NCBI GenBank assembly: GCA_052035095.1
Contig: JBPOHW010000002.1
Location: 11,405 to 75,404 of the forward strand
DNA length: 64,000 bases
From: Candidatus Moraniibacteriota bacterium
GTDB taxonomy: Bacteria; Patescibacteriota; Minisyncoccia; Moranbacterales; UBA1568
Direction of reading: 5' to 3'
The notes beneath the pieces were generated by a model. The model was not told the DNA's origin and did no database searches. It saw only the letters and a list, made by a program, of their open reading frames with translations. Each line of letters starts with the position of its first letter. Positions within the stretch are counted from its first letter, which is position 1. Made by a program: the position numbers and the translations under genes. Positions 39,634 to 49,988 of this stretch are shown here, piece after piece.

Positions 39634-39798
39634 TTAAAACAGAAATTGCGGGTCGTTGGACACCGCTCTCAATACCCACTCCGGAATCGAATCCTCCGGT
39701 TCGGCAACTCGGTTCCTTCGATTTCCCGAAAATAGACCCCACACGATAATAATGCAAAGAAGAATCAGCCATAAAAGAGGAAACCATTTCGAACTCAT
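39634..39798 (-). CDS. 54-aa small membrane protein (below ORF cutoff)
   Basis: SD AGGAGG, starts 3 nt after phosphatase stop; MSSKWFPLLWLILLCIIIVWGLF... Confidence 0.6.
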   Translation of the reverse strand: MSSKWFPLLWLILLCIIIVWGLFSGNRRNRVAEPEDSIPEWVLRAVSNDPQFLF

Positions 39799-39801
39799 AG
39801 G

Positions 39802-40461
39802 CTATACCTCCTTTCGATCAGACAAATGTGATGTGTCATTCCAACGAAGTTTTTCCAGTGTTTTTGGAAATCCGTCCCGCCACCCGACAAGAATTTCCGT
39901 GATGGAGCAGTTGTCAAAGCCGCCCCCGCCCCACGAAAGGTACGTTGCCAGATCTTTCGGGAAAACATTTTCAAGCACCATCAGGAAACACTTGGAAACC
40001 GTCCCGTGACCAACGATGAGAATCCGTTGGTCGAAAAATTCCGGCAAAAGGAGGCCGCGAACACTTCCTCTCACCCGTTCCCATGTATCCCTCAGAGACT
40101 CGCCGCGATTGGGTCGGAACGAAACCGGATCAGGCGACTCATTATGCTGTCGCCTCGCCTCCTCATTCGAAGATCCTACAAGATCTCCATAGTTTCTTTC
40201 ACGAAGCCATTTCAGATATCGTCTCGGTACATGATCGTGAAATCCCACAAGCGCGATATCAGCCGTTTCTTTCGCGCGATCGGAATCCGCAACGACAATT
40301 TGAGAAAAACTACTTTCTCGAAGTGCGCTCCGCGCCAGTTCAGCCTCACGCCGCCCTCGTTCGCTCAACCGACCAAAAAACGAGTGTTGGATACAGCCCG
40401 CCTCAAGCATATCCGTTGATCCGTGCCGAAGGAAAGTAATGTGGAGATGCCCTTTATTCAT
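39802..40461 (-). CDS. Histidine phosphatase family protein
   Basis: FLRHG, RAKETA, LRERNYG, RGES, IVGHG, DNCSIT. Confidence 0.9.
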   Translation of the reverse strand: MNKGHLHITFLRHGSTDMLEAGCIQHSFFGRLSERGRREAELARSALRESSFSQIVVADSDRAKETADIALVGFHDHVPRRYLKWLRERNYGDLVGSSNEEARRQHNESPDPVSFRPNRGESLRDTWERVRGSVRGLLLPEFFDQRILIVGHGTVSKCFLMVLENVFPKDLATYLSWGGGGFDNCSITEILVGWRDGFPKTLEKLRWNDTSHLSDRKEV

Positions 40462-40582
40462 AGCTTTCTTCCCCTTGTAAAAGTACTGCTCAAGACGCGT
40501 CGGGTCGCGTCCACCCTCCTCCGGAGAGGAGTATCCATTTTGTACCGTACAAATCTCATACAGTCAATGAACGCAGACTATC

Positions 40583-40635
40583 TTGACACACACCCACTCT
40601 ACACGGTACACTCTAATTCGGACTGAAAGAGTCCG
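40583..40635 (+). promoter_or_regulatory. suf promoter with Rrf2-type operator
   Basis: TTGACA-18-TACACT; palindrome CGGACT-N5-AGTCCG at 40619-35. Confidence 0.7.
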
Positions 40636-40641
40636 TTTTCT

Positions 40642-41109
40642 ATGAAAGTATCACAAAAAGCTTCCTACGGACTTCGGGCACTCACGGCGCTCGTTCAATA
40701 CCCAAACGGGTGTTCGGCGCGTATACTCGCCCAGGCGGAACACATTCCCGAGGATTATCTCGAGAAAATCCTCCAGCACCTGAAACGAGGCGGCTTTGTG
40801 ATATCCGAAAAAGGCGTCCGGGGCGGTTATATGCTTGCCAAAACACCGGAAATGATCACGTCGTGGGAAGTGATCGAGGCGCTCGATGGCGGATTCCGAG
40901 AAGCAACTCGTCCCGCTTTCGCCGGCACGCTTGCCCCCTGCCCCATTCTCTCTCACTGTCACACTAAAAACGTCTGGGAACAACTCGAAGGCATCATCAA
41001 AAACACCCTCTCCAAAGTCACCCTCGCCGATTTGGTGCCGAAGGAAACACACCGCAAAAATTTTCAATTATCAATTCACAATTTTCAGAAAGCACCGTCT
41101 GGAAATTAA
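40642..41109 (+). CDS. Rrf2 family regulator
   Basis: YGLRAL, YLEKIL, SEKGVRGGYML, CPILSHC..W. Confidence 0.92.
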   Translation: MKVSQKASYGLRALTALVQYPNGCSARILAQAEHIPEDYLEKILQHLKRGGFVISEKGVRGGYMLAKTPEMITSWEVIEALDGGFREATRPAFAGTLAPCPILSHCHTKNVWEQLEGIIKNTLSKVTLADLVPKETHRKNFQLSIHNFQKAPSGN

Positions 41110-41158
41110 AACATTGAAAGTTCATTTGAAAATTGATCATTGGTGTTTGAAAATTTCT

Positions 41159-41875
41159 ATGCTTCAACTCAAAAATCTCACCGCCTCGATCGAAGGCAAA
41201 ACCATCCTCAATGATATTTCTTTTTCGCTTGAAACGGGAAAGACCTATGCGCTTCTGGGACCCAACGGCTCCGGCAAGTCAACGCTCGCCGGCGCGATAC
41301 TCGGTCGTCCCGATATCGTCACTGGCGAAAAATCCGACATTCTCTGGGAGGAAGAGTCTCTCCTCCCGCTCTCTCCCGACCGACGCGCGCGGCTCGGCAT
41401 TTTCGGCTCTTTCCAATCGCCGCCCGCGCTCCCGGGCGTTTCGATCTTTTCTCTCCTTCGTTTCGCTCTCCCGGAAAGTTCCGCCCTCGACACGCGCCGC
41501 CTCGTTGAGACCTATGCTAAAGAACTCGCTATTCCCCCGTCCCTCCTCCACCGCGGTCTCCACGACGGCTTCTCGGGTGGCGAAAAGAAAAAATTCGAAG
41601 CGCTTCTCTGGGCACTGCTTGCGCCAAAAATTTCGTTCTTCGACGAACTCGACACCGGCGTCGATGTCGACGCGCAAAAAATCATCGGGAACTTTTTGAA
41701 AACCCACCGTACGCCCAATCAAACTTTTATCCTCATCACTCACTCAACCGCCTTCCTTGACCTGCTTCCGCCGGACGAAACACTCGTCATGAGAGAAGGA
41801 AAACTCGTAAAAACCGGAGGCGGCTCGCTCGCGAGACGAATTATCGAGAAGGAAGGATTTGAAAGGCAAGAATGA
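41159..41875 (+). CDS. sufC: Fe-S assembly ATPase SufC
   Basis: GPNGSGKST, GFSGGEKKK, DELDTGVDVD, LITH. Confidence 0.92.
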   Translation: MLQLKNLTASIEGKTILNDISFSLETGKTYALLGPNGSGKSTLAGAILGRPDIVTGEKSDILWEEESLLPLSPDRRARLGIFGSFQSPPALPGVSIFSLLRFALPESSALDTRRLVETYAKELAIPPSLLHRGLHDGFSGGEKKKFEALLWALLAPKISFFDELDTGVDVDAQKIIGNFLKTHRTPNQTFILITHSTAFLDLLPPDETLVMREGKLVKTGGGSLARRIIEKEGFERQE

Positions 41876-41898
41876 GGAATGAGGAATGAGGAATGAGG
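41871..41898. repeat. (AATGAGG)x4 heptamer repeat
   Basis: Directly visible, overlaps sufC stop. Confidence 0.9.
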
Positions 41899-41908
41899 CA
41901 AAAGAAAA

Positions 41909-42060
41909 AGGATTTGTGTATTTGTCAAAGAGAAAGAAATTAACGGAGGGGCGAACACGCTAAAAAAAATTAACCATGAGAATTTCCGTGTGAAAACTCC
42001 CCCTTCAAGCTATTCATACTCCCCGGAGCATTTCTTGAACGTGACAAATACACAAATCCT
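41909..42060. repeat. 152-bp structured element, copy 1
   Basis: Perfect 19-bp terminal IR; core shared with 44207-44356. Confidence 0.88.
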
Positions 42061-42070
42061 GACGCTAACT

Positions 42071-43474
42071 ATGCAACACCCTAAGGAAGACACGCTCGAT
42101 TTCGACACTCGCTTCGGCTTTTCTATGCCGGAGGTTTCGTCGCGCAAAATACAGCCGGGACTCACGAAAAAAACCGTCGAGGAAATTTCTCGCATCAAGA
42201 ACGAGCCCGCGTGGATGCGAGATTTCCGAGTGAAGAGCTACGAAATTTTCAAGAAGAAAAAAATGCCCGCGTGGGGACCGAATCTCTCGGATATAGATTT
42301 CAAAAACATCACCTACTATCTCCAGGCGACCGAAGACCGCTCGACATCGTGGGATGAGTTGCCGGATGAAATCAAAGAAACCTATGACAAAATCGGCGTT
42401 CCCGAAGCGGAGAAAAAATATCTCGCGGGCGTCTCGGCGCAATACGAATCCGAAGTCGTCTACGAAAGTATGAACCGAGAACTCGAACGACAGGGCGTTA
42501 TCTTTTGCGATATGGACACGGCGGTCAAGAAATATCCCGAGCTCGTGCAAAAATATTTTGGCACGCTCATCCCGCCACAAGACAACAAATTCGCCGCGCT
42601 CAATTCCGCCGTCTGGTCGGGTGGCTCATTCGTCTATATGCCAAAGGGTGTCAAAGTCGCGCTTCCGCTTCAGGCATACTTCCGCATCAACAGCGAACGC
42701 TTCGGACAATTCGAACGCACACTCATCATCGCGGACGAAGAAAGTAGCGTCCACTACACCGAAGGATGCACCGCCCCCACCTACTCAACCAACTCGCTCC
42801 ACGCGGCGGTCGTCGAAGTCTTTGTGGGGAAAAACGCACGCGTCCGTTACACAACGGTGCAAAACTGGAGCAACAATATCTACAACCTCGTCACCAAGCG
42901 CGCCCGCGCCGAAGAAAACGCAATTATGGAATGGGTCGACTGCAACATCGGAAGCAAAGTGACAATGAAATATCCGTCCGTCTACCTCACGGGGAGAGGC
43001 GCGCATGGCGATATGCTCTCGATCGCTTTGGCCGGAGCGGGACAAATTCAGGACGCGGGAAGTAAAATGTTTCATCTCGCCCCCCATACCACCTCGCGCA
43101 TTCTCTCCAAATCCATTTCCAAAAATGGCGGACAAGCCTCCTATCGCGGACTCGTCCATATCGGCAAAAACGCGAAAAACGCGAGAACCTCCGTCACCTG
43201 CGACGCAATGATGCTTGACGCGGCAAGTCGGAGCGACACCTATCCGAAGATGATGATTGAGCGCGGCGACGCCCACGTTGAACACGAGGCAACCGTCGAG
43301 CGTCTCGGCGAAGAAAAACTCTTTTTCCTTGAGTCCCGCGGTATCACCCGAGAGGATGCCGAAAGCCTCCTCGTGAACGGCTTCATCGAACCCGTTTCCA
43401 AAGAAATTCCCCTGGAATATTCCATCGAGCTCAATCGTTTAATCCATTATGAAATGAGCAAAAAAATCGGGTAA
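42071..43474 (+). CDS. sufB: Fe-S assembly protein SufB
   Basis: [36 protein letters not shown]. Confidence 0.97.
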   Translation: MQHPKEDTLDFDTRFGFSMPEVSSRKIQPGLTKKTVEEISRIKNEPAWMRDFRVKSYEIFKKKKMPAWGPNLSDIDFKNITYYLQATEDRSTSWDELPDEIKETYDKIGVPEAEKKYLAGVSAQYESEVVYESMNRELERQGVIFCDMDTAVKKYPELVQKYFGTLIPPQDNKFAALNSAVWSGGSFVYMPKGVKVALPLQAYFRINSERFGQFERTLIIADEESSVHYTEGCTAPTYSTNSLHAAVVEVFVGKNARVRYTTVQNWSNNIYNLVTKRARAEENAIMEWVDCNIGSKVTMKYPSVYLTGRGAHGDMLSIALAGAGQIQDAGSKMFHLAPHTTSRILSKSISKNGGQASYRGLVHIGKNAKNARTSVTCDAMMLDAASRSDTYPKMMIERGDAHVEHEATVERLGEEKLFFLESRGITREDAESLLVNGFIEPVSKEIPLEYSIELNRLIHYEMSKKIG

Positions 43475-43606
43475 CACCGAAAAATTTTCAATGAACAATG
43501 ATCAATTTTCAATGAACACCCCGTCAATCCAAATTTTTCGCTCTGCAAAAAAATAGTTCCGAATTGAAAATTGAAAATTGATCATTGGAAATTGTTTGTA
43601 TTCCCT

Positions 43607-44260
43607 ATGAAACTCTTCAACCTCGCTGATACCGACGCTGAAAAAATCGTGCTCCGCCTCGAGCCGCGTGTCTTTTTTCTGTGGAATCGATCAGGAAATT
43701 TCGAGTTTTCTTTCGAAAAATCCGGATCGGAAGCGCGTATCTTCGCGCTCTTCATCGGGAAAAAAGATGAAGAATTTTCACTCTCCATCGTTCAGCGCCA
43801 CCATATGCCGGACACAAAGTCACATCTCACCGTTTTAAGCATCCTCGACGAACACGCGCGACTTTCCTTTGACGGACTCATTCGAATAGAAAAAAACGCG
43901 TCTCGAAGCGATACCTCCCAACAAAACAAAAATTTTCTCCTCTCCGAAAGCGCGCGCGCCGTCTCAAAACCAACCATGGAAATTCTCGCGCATGATGTCT
44001 CCGCGCGCCACGCCTCGGCAACCGGGACAATAGACAGCGAGGCGATTCTTTTCGCCGAGACGCACGGCATCGCGCACCGTGATGCAAAAAAACTCCTCGC
44101 CGAAGGCGCCGTCAGAAATTTTTTTGACGAAATGCGGAAGTACACCGATAACCCGACAGTGGGAAAATTTGAAAAAGAAGCGATACAAATGTTATTCTCG
44201 CACAGAGAGCGTGCGTCTTTGACAAAGAGAAAGAAATTAACGGAGGGGCGAACGCGCTGA
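43607..44260 (+). CDS. sufD: SufD-like protein (short)
   Basis: FDGLIRI, NFLLSE, PTMEI..DVSARHASATG; suf operon context. Confidence 0.85.
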   Translation: MKLFNLADTDAEKIVLRLEPRVFFLWNRSGNFEFSFEKSGSEARIFALFIGKKDEEFSLSIVQRHHMPDTKSHLTVLSILDEHARLSFDGLIRIEKNASRSDTSQQNKNFLLSESARAVSKPTMEILAHDVSARHASATGTIDSEAILFAETHGIAHRDAKKLLAEGAVRNFFDEMRKYTDNPTVGKFEKEAIQMLFSHRERASLTKRKKLTEGRTR

Positions 44261-44356
44261 AAAAAATTAACCATGAGAATTTCCGTGTGAAAACTCTCCC
44301 TTCAAATCACTCATAATCCCCGGAGCATTTCTTGAACGTGTCAAAGGCGCACGCTC
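44207..44356. repeat. 150-bp structured element, copy 2
   Basis: 18-bp terminal IR (one T-G) of different sequence from copy 1; supplies sufD stop. Confidence 0.88.
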
Positions 44357-44386
44357 GGTTTGAATACATACTTATAGATATCATCT

Positions 44387-45610
44387 ATGTTGAATTCTGA
44401 AAAAATCCGCGAAGACTTCCCCGTCTTTGCTCATCATCCCGATCTCGTCTATCTCGATTCGGCGGCAACGACTTTGAAGGTACGTTCCGTGATCGAAAAG
44501 GAACGCGAGTATATGGAAGAATACCCGGCGAATATCTCGCGCGGGCTCTATCCGCTTTCGGAAAAAGCAACCGAGGAATACGAAAAAACACGAGACGCGG
44601 TCGCGGAGTGGATCGGCGCCTCGCGCGAGGAAGTTATCTTCACCAAAGGCACGACCGAGAGTTTAAACCTCCTTTCCTACGCGTTTGAAAAAAACATTTC
44701 CAGCGAGAACAACATCGTCGTGACCGCGATGGATCACCACGCAAACTTCCTCCCCTGGCAAGCGCTCGCCACACGCGCCGGCGCGGAATTTCGCGTCGTT
44801 CCCGTTTCGAAATCAGGAGAGATAGACCCGAACGCACTCGAGAATTTCATTGATCGAAACACCAAAATTTTCGCCTTCCCGCATATTTCCAATGTCCTCA
44901 GCACCATCGTCCCCGTTCAAGCTATTGCGAAAAAAATTCGAGAGCTTGCGCCGGAAGCGAAAATCATCCTCGATGCCGCTCAAGCGGCGGCGCATATGAC
45001 GCTCGACGTGAAAATGCTCGATGTCGATTTCCTCGCCTTTTCCGCGCACAAATGTTTCGGCCCGACCGGCGTCGGCATCCTCTGGGGAGAGTACGCGCTT
45101 CTTGAAGCGCTCCCGCCCTTCCAGTACGGCGGCGATATGGTGGAGAACGCGAGAACCGAAGGTTCAACCTTCAAAAAGCCTCCCCACCGTTTCGAGGCCG
45201 GAACGCCAAACATTTCCGGCGTCATCGCCTTCCGCGCGGCGATTGAGTACATGCAGGCGCTCGGTATGGAACATATTCGCGAACACGAGTTCCTCCTCAC
45301 CGAATACACCCTCGCGAAACTTCGCGAACACTTTCCGGACATCTCCATCCTCGGTTCGGATGAAACACAAAAACGTGGTAGCCTCATTTCATTCACGCTC
45401 CCGGATATTCATCCGCATGATCTCGCCGAAATTTTGGGACAAGAAAACGTCTGCCTTCGCGCCGGCACCCACTGCGCCCATCCCCTCCATAGCGCTCTCG
45501 GCATTCCCGCGACGGCGCGTATGAGTTTCTCGATCTATTCTTCAATAGAAGACATTGACAGGGCAATAAAGTACATGAGAGAAGCATATGAAATATTCTC
45601 AAAAAAATAA
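44387..45610 (+). CDS. sufS: Cysteine desulfurase SufS
   Basis: YLDSAATT, HHAN..PW, DAAQ, FSAHKCFGPTG, RAGTHCA. Confidence 0.95.
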   Translation: MLNSEKIREDFPVFAHHPDLVYLDSAATTLKVRSVIEKEREYMEEYPANISRGLYPLSEKATEEYEKTRDAVAEWIGASREEVIFTKGTTESLNLLSYAFEKNISSENNIVVTAMDHHANFLPWQALATRAGAEFRVVPVSKSGEIDPNALENFIDRNTKIFAFPHISNVLSTIVPVQAIAKKIRELAPEAKIILDAAQAAAHMTLDVKMLDVDFLAFSAHKCFGPTGVGILWGEYALLEALPPFQYGGDMVENARTEGSTFKKPPHRFEAGTPNISGVIAFRAAIEYMQALGMEHIREHEFLLTEYTLAKLREHFPDISILGSDETQKRGSLISFTLPDIHPHDLAEILGQENVCLRAGTHCAHPLHSALGIPATARMSFSIYSSIEDIDRAIKYMREAYEIFSKK

Positions 45611-45746
45611 TACCCACCCATATCTTTCTGGACTAAAATTTCCAATTCCGAGTTTCGAATTTCGATTCAAAGTTTAAAGGATTCAATTTCAAAAATCCGT
45701 CATTTGAAAATTGATTCAAAATTCATCACTTGAAATTTAAAATTCT

Positions 45747-46115
45747 ATGAACCCAAGCGATCTCATCCTCGATCACTATCATCATCCGAAAAACTTCGGA
45801 TTGCTTCCCGGCGCGACCCATCACGCCAAAACGGAAAATCTCTCTTGCGGGGATTCGCTCACAGTGGACATCGAGATAAAAGATGATAAAATAGAACGTA
45901 TCGGATGGATCGGTAGCGGGTGTGCCCTCTCACAAGCGAGCGCCTCACTCCTCTCGGAATCCGTGAAGGGAAAGTGCGTCAGTGAAATGAAAAATCTTTC
46001 AAAAGAAACTGTTTTTTCCTTACTCGGAACAAACGAACTTTCTCCCACTCGCGCACGGTGCGCATTCCTCTCGTTGGAAACACTCCGGAAAGCACTCGAA
46101 AACAATAATCAATAA
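45747..46115 (+). CDS. sufU: SufU/NifU-like scaffold
   Basis: HPKNFG, NLSCGD, GCALSQAS, RARCA. Confidence 0.92.
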   Translation: MNPSDLILDHYHHPKNFGLLPGATHHAKTENLSCGDSLTVDIEIKDDKIERIGWIGSGCALSQASASLLSESVKGKCVSEMKNLSKETVFSLLGTNELSPTRARCAFLSLETLRKALENNNQ

Positions 46116-46125
46116 GGAAATGCAT

Positions 46126-46398
46126 ATGTCGAATGTGAAAGACGCGGCAAAGCCGCACGGTCCGATTGTACTCTCGAATGGCTGGACGGTTGAAGTGGAC
46201 GCGAATGTCTGTATCGGCGCCGGTCCCTGTGTCGGTGTCGCGCCCAAAACGTTTGAACTCAATGATCAAGCGAAGGCGGTTATCTTGGAAGGTTGTAACG
46301 AAGACGACATTGAAACCATTTTGAACGCCGCTCGCTCCTGTCCCGTCTCCGCTATCACGGTGAAGAACGAAAAGGGCGAGGTGGTGTTCCCGAACTGA
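46126..46398 (+). CDS. Ferredoxin (single cluster, 3Fe-4S-like)
   Basis: CIGAGPC..AP..F, AARSCPVSAI. Confidence 0.88.
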   Translation: MSNVKDAAKPHGPIVLSNGWTVEVDANVCIGAGPCVGVAPKTFELNDQAKAVILEGCNEDDIETILNAARSCPVSAITVKNEKGEVVFPN

Positions 46399-46402
46399 AA
46401 GA

Positions 46403-46714
46403 ATGAAGCCGGAGAAACCCACGAAAGCCACCGTCACAAAAGCACTTGAAACCGTTCTCGATCCCGAGCTCGGAGTTTCGATTGTGGACTTGGGACTCGT
46501 CTATGATGTCACCATCAAAAAAGGCGCTGTAAAAATAACGATGACTCTGACCACGATTGGGTGTCCGCTCTTTCAGACGATCGAGAATGAAGTGAAAGAA
46601 AAAGTATCGGCGATTCCCGGCGTCACAACGGTCGAAGTCGAACTTACCTTCAATCCCCCGTGGGACCCCTCTCGCCTCTCCGAAAAAGCCAAAGCGGAAT
46701 TAGGGATGGAATAG
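46403..46714 (+). CDS. DUF59/SufT-like Fe-S assembly factor
   Basis: DPELGVSIVDLGLVY, MTLTTIGCP, FNPPW. Confidence 0.92.
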   Translation: MKPEKPTKATVTKALETVLDPELGVSIVDLGLVYDVTIKKGAVKITMTLTTIGCPLFQTIENEVKEKVSAIPGVTTVEVELTFNPPWDPSRLSEKAKAELGME

Positions 46715-46760
46715 AGAGAATTTTCAGTGATTCGTTTTCAATTTTCAAAGCGTACGTTCT

Positions 46761-46973
46761 ATGGATGATGAAATACGCGCACGGTTCGATGCGCAAGAGG
46801 CGAAGCTTTCCGCCATCCAAGTTTCGGTTGAGAAAATCCGGAAACAACTCTTCTGGAAGTCCGTATTCAGTACACTGCTTTTTCTCCTCCCCCTGATCGG
46901 TCTCGCCGCTCTCATCCCGTGGCTTTTCAACACGCTTTCAGATTCACTTTCGTCATTGTCCACTATCCAATGA
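46761..46973 (+). CDS. Small hypothetical membrane protein
   Basis: Coiled N-terminus SVEKIRK then TM; coupled to next gene. Confidence 0.7.
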   Translation: MDDEIRARFDAQEAKLSAIQVSVEKIRKQLFWKSVFSTLLFLLPLIGLAALIPWLFNTLSDSLSSLSTIQ

Positions 46974-48493
46974 ATCGAATCCTCTCGTCGCTTCGGAAGC
47001 GCCGCCTCGAATGGACGGGTGTTTTGGCGTTCACTACGGTCGGCGCCTTTCTGCGATTTTTCGGGCTCAACGAACAGTCCCTCTGGATCGATGAGGGATT
47101 TACACTCATGCAAGCAAGGGCTATCGCCGAGCACGGGTATCCCTTGCTCGATTCCGGACTCGTTGAAAAAAAGGATGCACTCCTTCCATTCCTCCTTGCA
47201 CCCTTCACCGCGTCATTTGACGCGTTCCAACCGTCCCTTTCGCGAAGCTGTGTCGCGATATTCGGATCGCTCTCCATTCCCCTCGCGTTCCTCATCGGAA
47301 AAACCCTCCGCGAAAAACCGCTCGGCTTCCTCTTTGCTTTCCTCTTGACTTTTTCGTATTCGCATATCGCGTGGAGTCGGCAAATTCGAGGATACGAGGT
47401 AGCGGTGTTTTTTACTTTACTTTCCATACTCTTTCTCGCGCAATCGATACGAAACAAAATCGGAACACGCTTTTTTCTTGCCGCGGGATCAAGTATACTC
47501 GCGACACTCTCCAAAAGTTTCGGAGTATTCCTCCTTCCGGCAATTCTTTTTCTCGGTTATCGGTTTCAGCTTCCAAAACAGCGCGCCCTTTTCGTAGCAC
47601 TCGGAATAATCGGGGTCATGATGATCATTCTCTTCTTTCCGGCATTCATCGGCTCGCTTCATCTCGATCATCCGGCGTATCTTCCGCATTACCTTCTCGG
47701 AACGCTCTGGGGATCATTCGGCATACTCTTGCCGATCGCGCTTCTTGGCTACGCGGAAAGTTTGCGAGAAACATCCGAGCGAGCGTTCCACCTTTCTCTC
47801 GGCATATTTTTCGCCGGCACACTTCTCTTCTTCAGCTTTTTCGTTTCGGTTCAGGAAGATCGATACCTCCTTCTCATCACGCCCCTCCTGTTCCTCTACG
47901 CGAGTCTCTTCATATATTCCATTTCCACCCATCTCCCTCTCCGGAAAATATTCGGAATTCCCCTTTTGCTGGCTCTCATGGTGGGAATTGATATGTTCAC
48001 GGTTCGATCATTCCTTTTTTTCCCGCAACGCTTTTTCGCGCTCGAACGCGGAACACCCCAACCGCCGTTTCGAGACGCGTATGAGTTCCTTCGGCACACT
48101 CTCAAGCCAAACGACACCATCATCTCTCCCTATCCCTTTATGGACATACTCTACCTCAATCAACCCGGGTACGCGCTCCCGATCTCATATACCGGTCGCG
48201 CCGGCGATTCAAATATCACGCGAAACAAAGAGTACTACTCCGGCACGAGAAATCTCTTTGCAAACGGCATTGAGTCAGGGAAGCGAAAAATAGCGTCCCT
48301 GCGAGAAAATGGCGATGTCTACCTCATACTTGATTCGCTCGCGCTGAAGCGAATCGACTCGGAAATCCTCACCGCCACTCAAACATTCACCGATCCCCGC
48401 TTCACCCGGTCATTTTCCTCTCGCGACAATCAAGAAATCGTCGTGTACCGAATTCCCAAAATGACAGATACCCCGCAAGAATACACTCCTTGA
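46970..48493 (+). CDS. GT-C (PMT/ArnT-like) membrane glycosyltransferase
   Basis: LRFFGL..QSLWIDE, SRQIRGY, DRYLL; multi-TM. Confidence 0.82.
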   Translation: MNRILSSLRKRRLEWTGVLAFTTVGAFLRFFGLNEQSLWIDEGFTLMQARAIAEHGYPLLDSGLVEKKDALLPFLLAPFTASFDAFQPSLSRSCVAIFGSLSIPLAFLIGKTLREKPLGFLFAFLLTFSYSHIAWSRQIRGYEVAVFFTLLSILFLAQSIRNKIGTRFFLAAGSSILATLSKSFGVFLLPAILFLGYRFQLPKQRALFVALGIIGVMMIILFFPAFIGSLHLDHPAYLPHYLLGTLWGSFGILLPIALLGYAESLRETSERAFHLSLGIFFAGTLLFFSFFVSVQEDRYLLLITPLLFLYASLFIYSISTHLPLRKIFGIPLLLALMVGIDMFTVRSFLFFPQRFFALERGTPQPPFRDAYEFLRHTLKPNDTIISPYPFMDILYLNQPGYALPISYTGRAGDSNITRNKEYYSGTRNLFANGIESGKRKIASLRENGDVYLILDSLALKRIDSEILTATQTFTDPRFTRSFSSRDNQEIVVYRIPKMTDTPQEYTP

Positions 48494-48572
48494 AAAATCT
48501 ATCTCACTTGACAAAAAGAGTACTTTGCGCTACAATACCCAGTTCGTTTAATTCGTAAGAGACGAAACGGGT

Positions 48573-49043
48573 ATGAAGAAGTGCGTGTTTCAGGGAGCGA
48601 GCATAGCCGCTCTGTCAGTCGTTTTCATTGCGGGATCGCTCGTAATGAAGCCGGGAATGGCGTTTGGATACGGATACGGTCACGAGACTCCGTCTGATGA
48701 GCCAAAGGAAACCGTAACGCCGACCGATAACTCGACGAAAAACGTCGACAAGGACGAGAAGCGAGACGGAAAGAAGTATCGAAGCTACCGCGAATATCGC
48801 GAGAAGTATAAGTCAGGACGACTGGTGTATCTCAAGTTGCGGTCATACAAGAGAAGTTCCGATCCGGAGCTCGTTCGACAGTTCACAGAGAGACAGGCGA
48901 TTTACCAAATGTATGCCGGTCAATCGGTTGCCAAACTGCAAAGCGCCCAGATCGATAATGCGACCCTACTCAAGTATCTCGAGTACAAACAGTACCGAGG
49001 CTACAAGAAATACAAGGAGTTGAAGAACGATCTCGGTATATAA
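48573..49043 (+). CDS. Hypothetical secreted Tyr/Lys-rich protein
   Basis: Signal peptide, YGYG; promoter TTGACA..TACAAT at ~48508-48536; terminator at ~49065-49094. Confidence 0.7.
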   Translation: MKKCVFQGASIAALSVVFIAGSLVMKPGMAFGYGYGHETPSDEPKETVTPTDNSTKNVDKDEKRDGKKYRSYREYREKYKSGRLVYLKLRSYKRSSDPELVRQFTERQAIYQMYAGQSVAKLQSAQIDNATLLKYLEYKQYRGYKKYKELKNDLGI

Positions 49044-49127
49044 ACTAGTCACACGCCATATTGAAAAACACCCCGTCATCTGATGGGGTGTTTTGTATCA
49101 ATCAAGAAAAGTCACGCGCATCATGGT

Positions 49128-49982
49128 TCAGACCTTCTCCCGCGTCATCTCCGCAAATACCTCCCGATTCACTCGGTGCTTATAGAGCGGCAGGGCATGA
49201 TTGCCGAGCTGGCTTTCGAAATTCGTTCGGTCGGGATTTTCATAAAAAACACCGAGCGGCAACTTTTCACTTTCAATCGCGCGACGGAACGCTTCGGCGC
49301 GATTTTTTGTGTCATAGGTTTCTTCGAGATAATACACTTTTTCTTTGAACCATGGGTAGGTATTTTGTTTGTTAAAGACGGGACAGGGCTGGAAAATATC
49401 GACGAGCGAAAAGCCTTGATGCGTGATCGCTTTTTTGATGATTTCTTTCGTTTGCGCCACATCGCCTACGAAGGCGCGCGCGACAAAGGAGCAATCGAGC
49501 GCGATCGCCGAAGCAATCGGATTGAACGGCTCCAAAACGACACCAAGAACCTGCACCGGCGTTTTCATTCCAACCTCGCTCGTGGGTGACGCCTGCCCTT
49601 TGGTGAGTCCATAGACCATATTGTTATGGACGAGCGCGGTGATATTGGGATTCCGACGAATCGTATGCGTGAAGTGATTGCCGCCCTCGCCATAGAGATC
49701 GCCGTCGCCACTCTCAACAACCACGGTAAGCTCGGGATTCGCCATCTTGATTCCCGTCGCCGCGGAAAGCGCCCGCCCATGGAGCCCGTTAAATACGTGG
49801 GTACGATAATAGTGCGGCGCCTTGCCGGCTTGCCCGATACCGGAAACCGAGACAAGTTTCTCCGGCACGATATCAAGCTCCAGAAGCGCCATCTTCACAA
49901 TGGTGAGGAGCGGAAAATTCCCGCACCCCGGGCACCACGCGATATCAGTCTCCTTCGGCATATCGAAATTTTTTGAATCCAT
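49128..49982 (-). CDS. 2-oxoacid:ferredoxin oxidoreductase beta subunit
   Basis: [33 protein letters not shown]. Confidence 0.93.
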   Translation of the reverse strand: MDSKNFDMPKETDIAWCPGCGNFPLLTIVKMALLELDIVPEKLVSVSGIGQAGKAPHYYRTHVFNGLHGRALSAATGIKMANPELTVVVESGDGDLYGEGGNHFTHTIRRNPNITALVHNNMVYGLTKGQASPTSEVGMKTPVQVLGVVLEPFNPIASAIALDCSFVARAFVGDVAQTKEIIKKAITHQGFSLVDIFQPCPVFNKQNTYPWFKEKVYYLEETYDTKNRAEAFRRAIESEKLPLGVFYENPDRTNFESQLGNHALPLYKHRVNREVFAEMTREKV

Positions 49983-49988
49983 ACTCCT

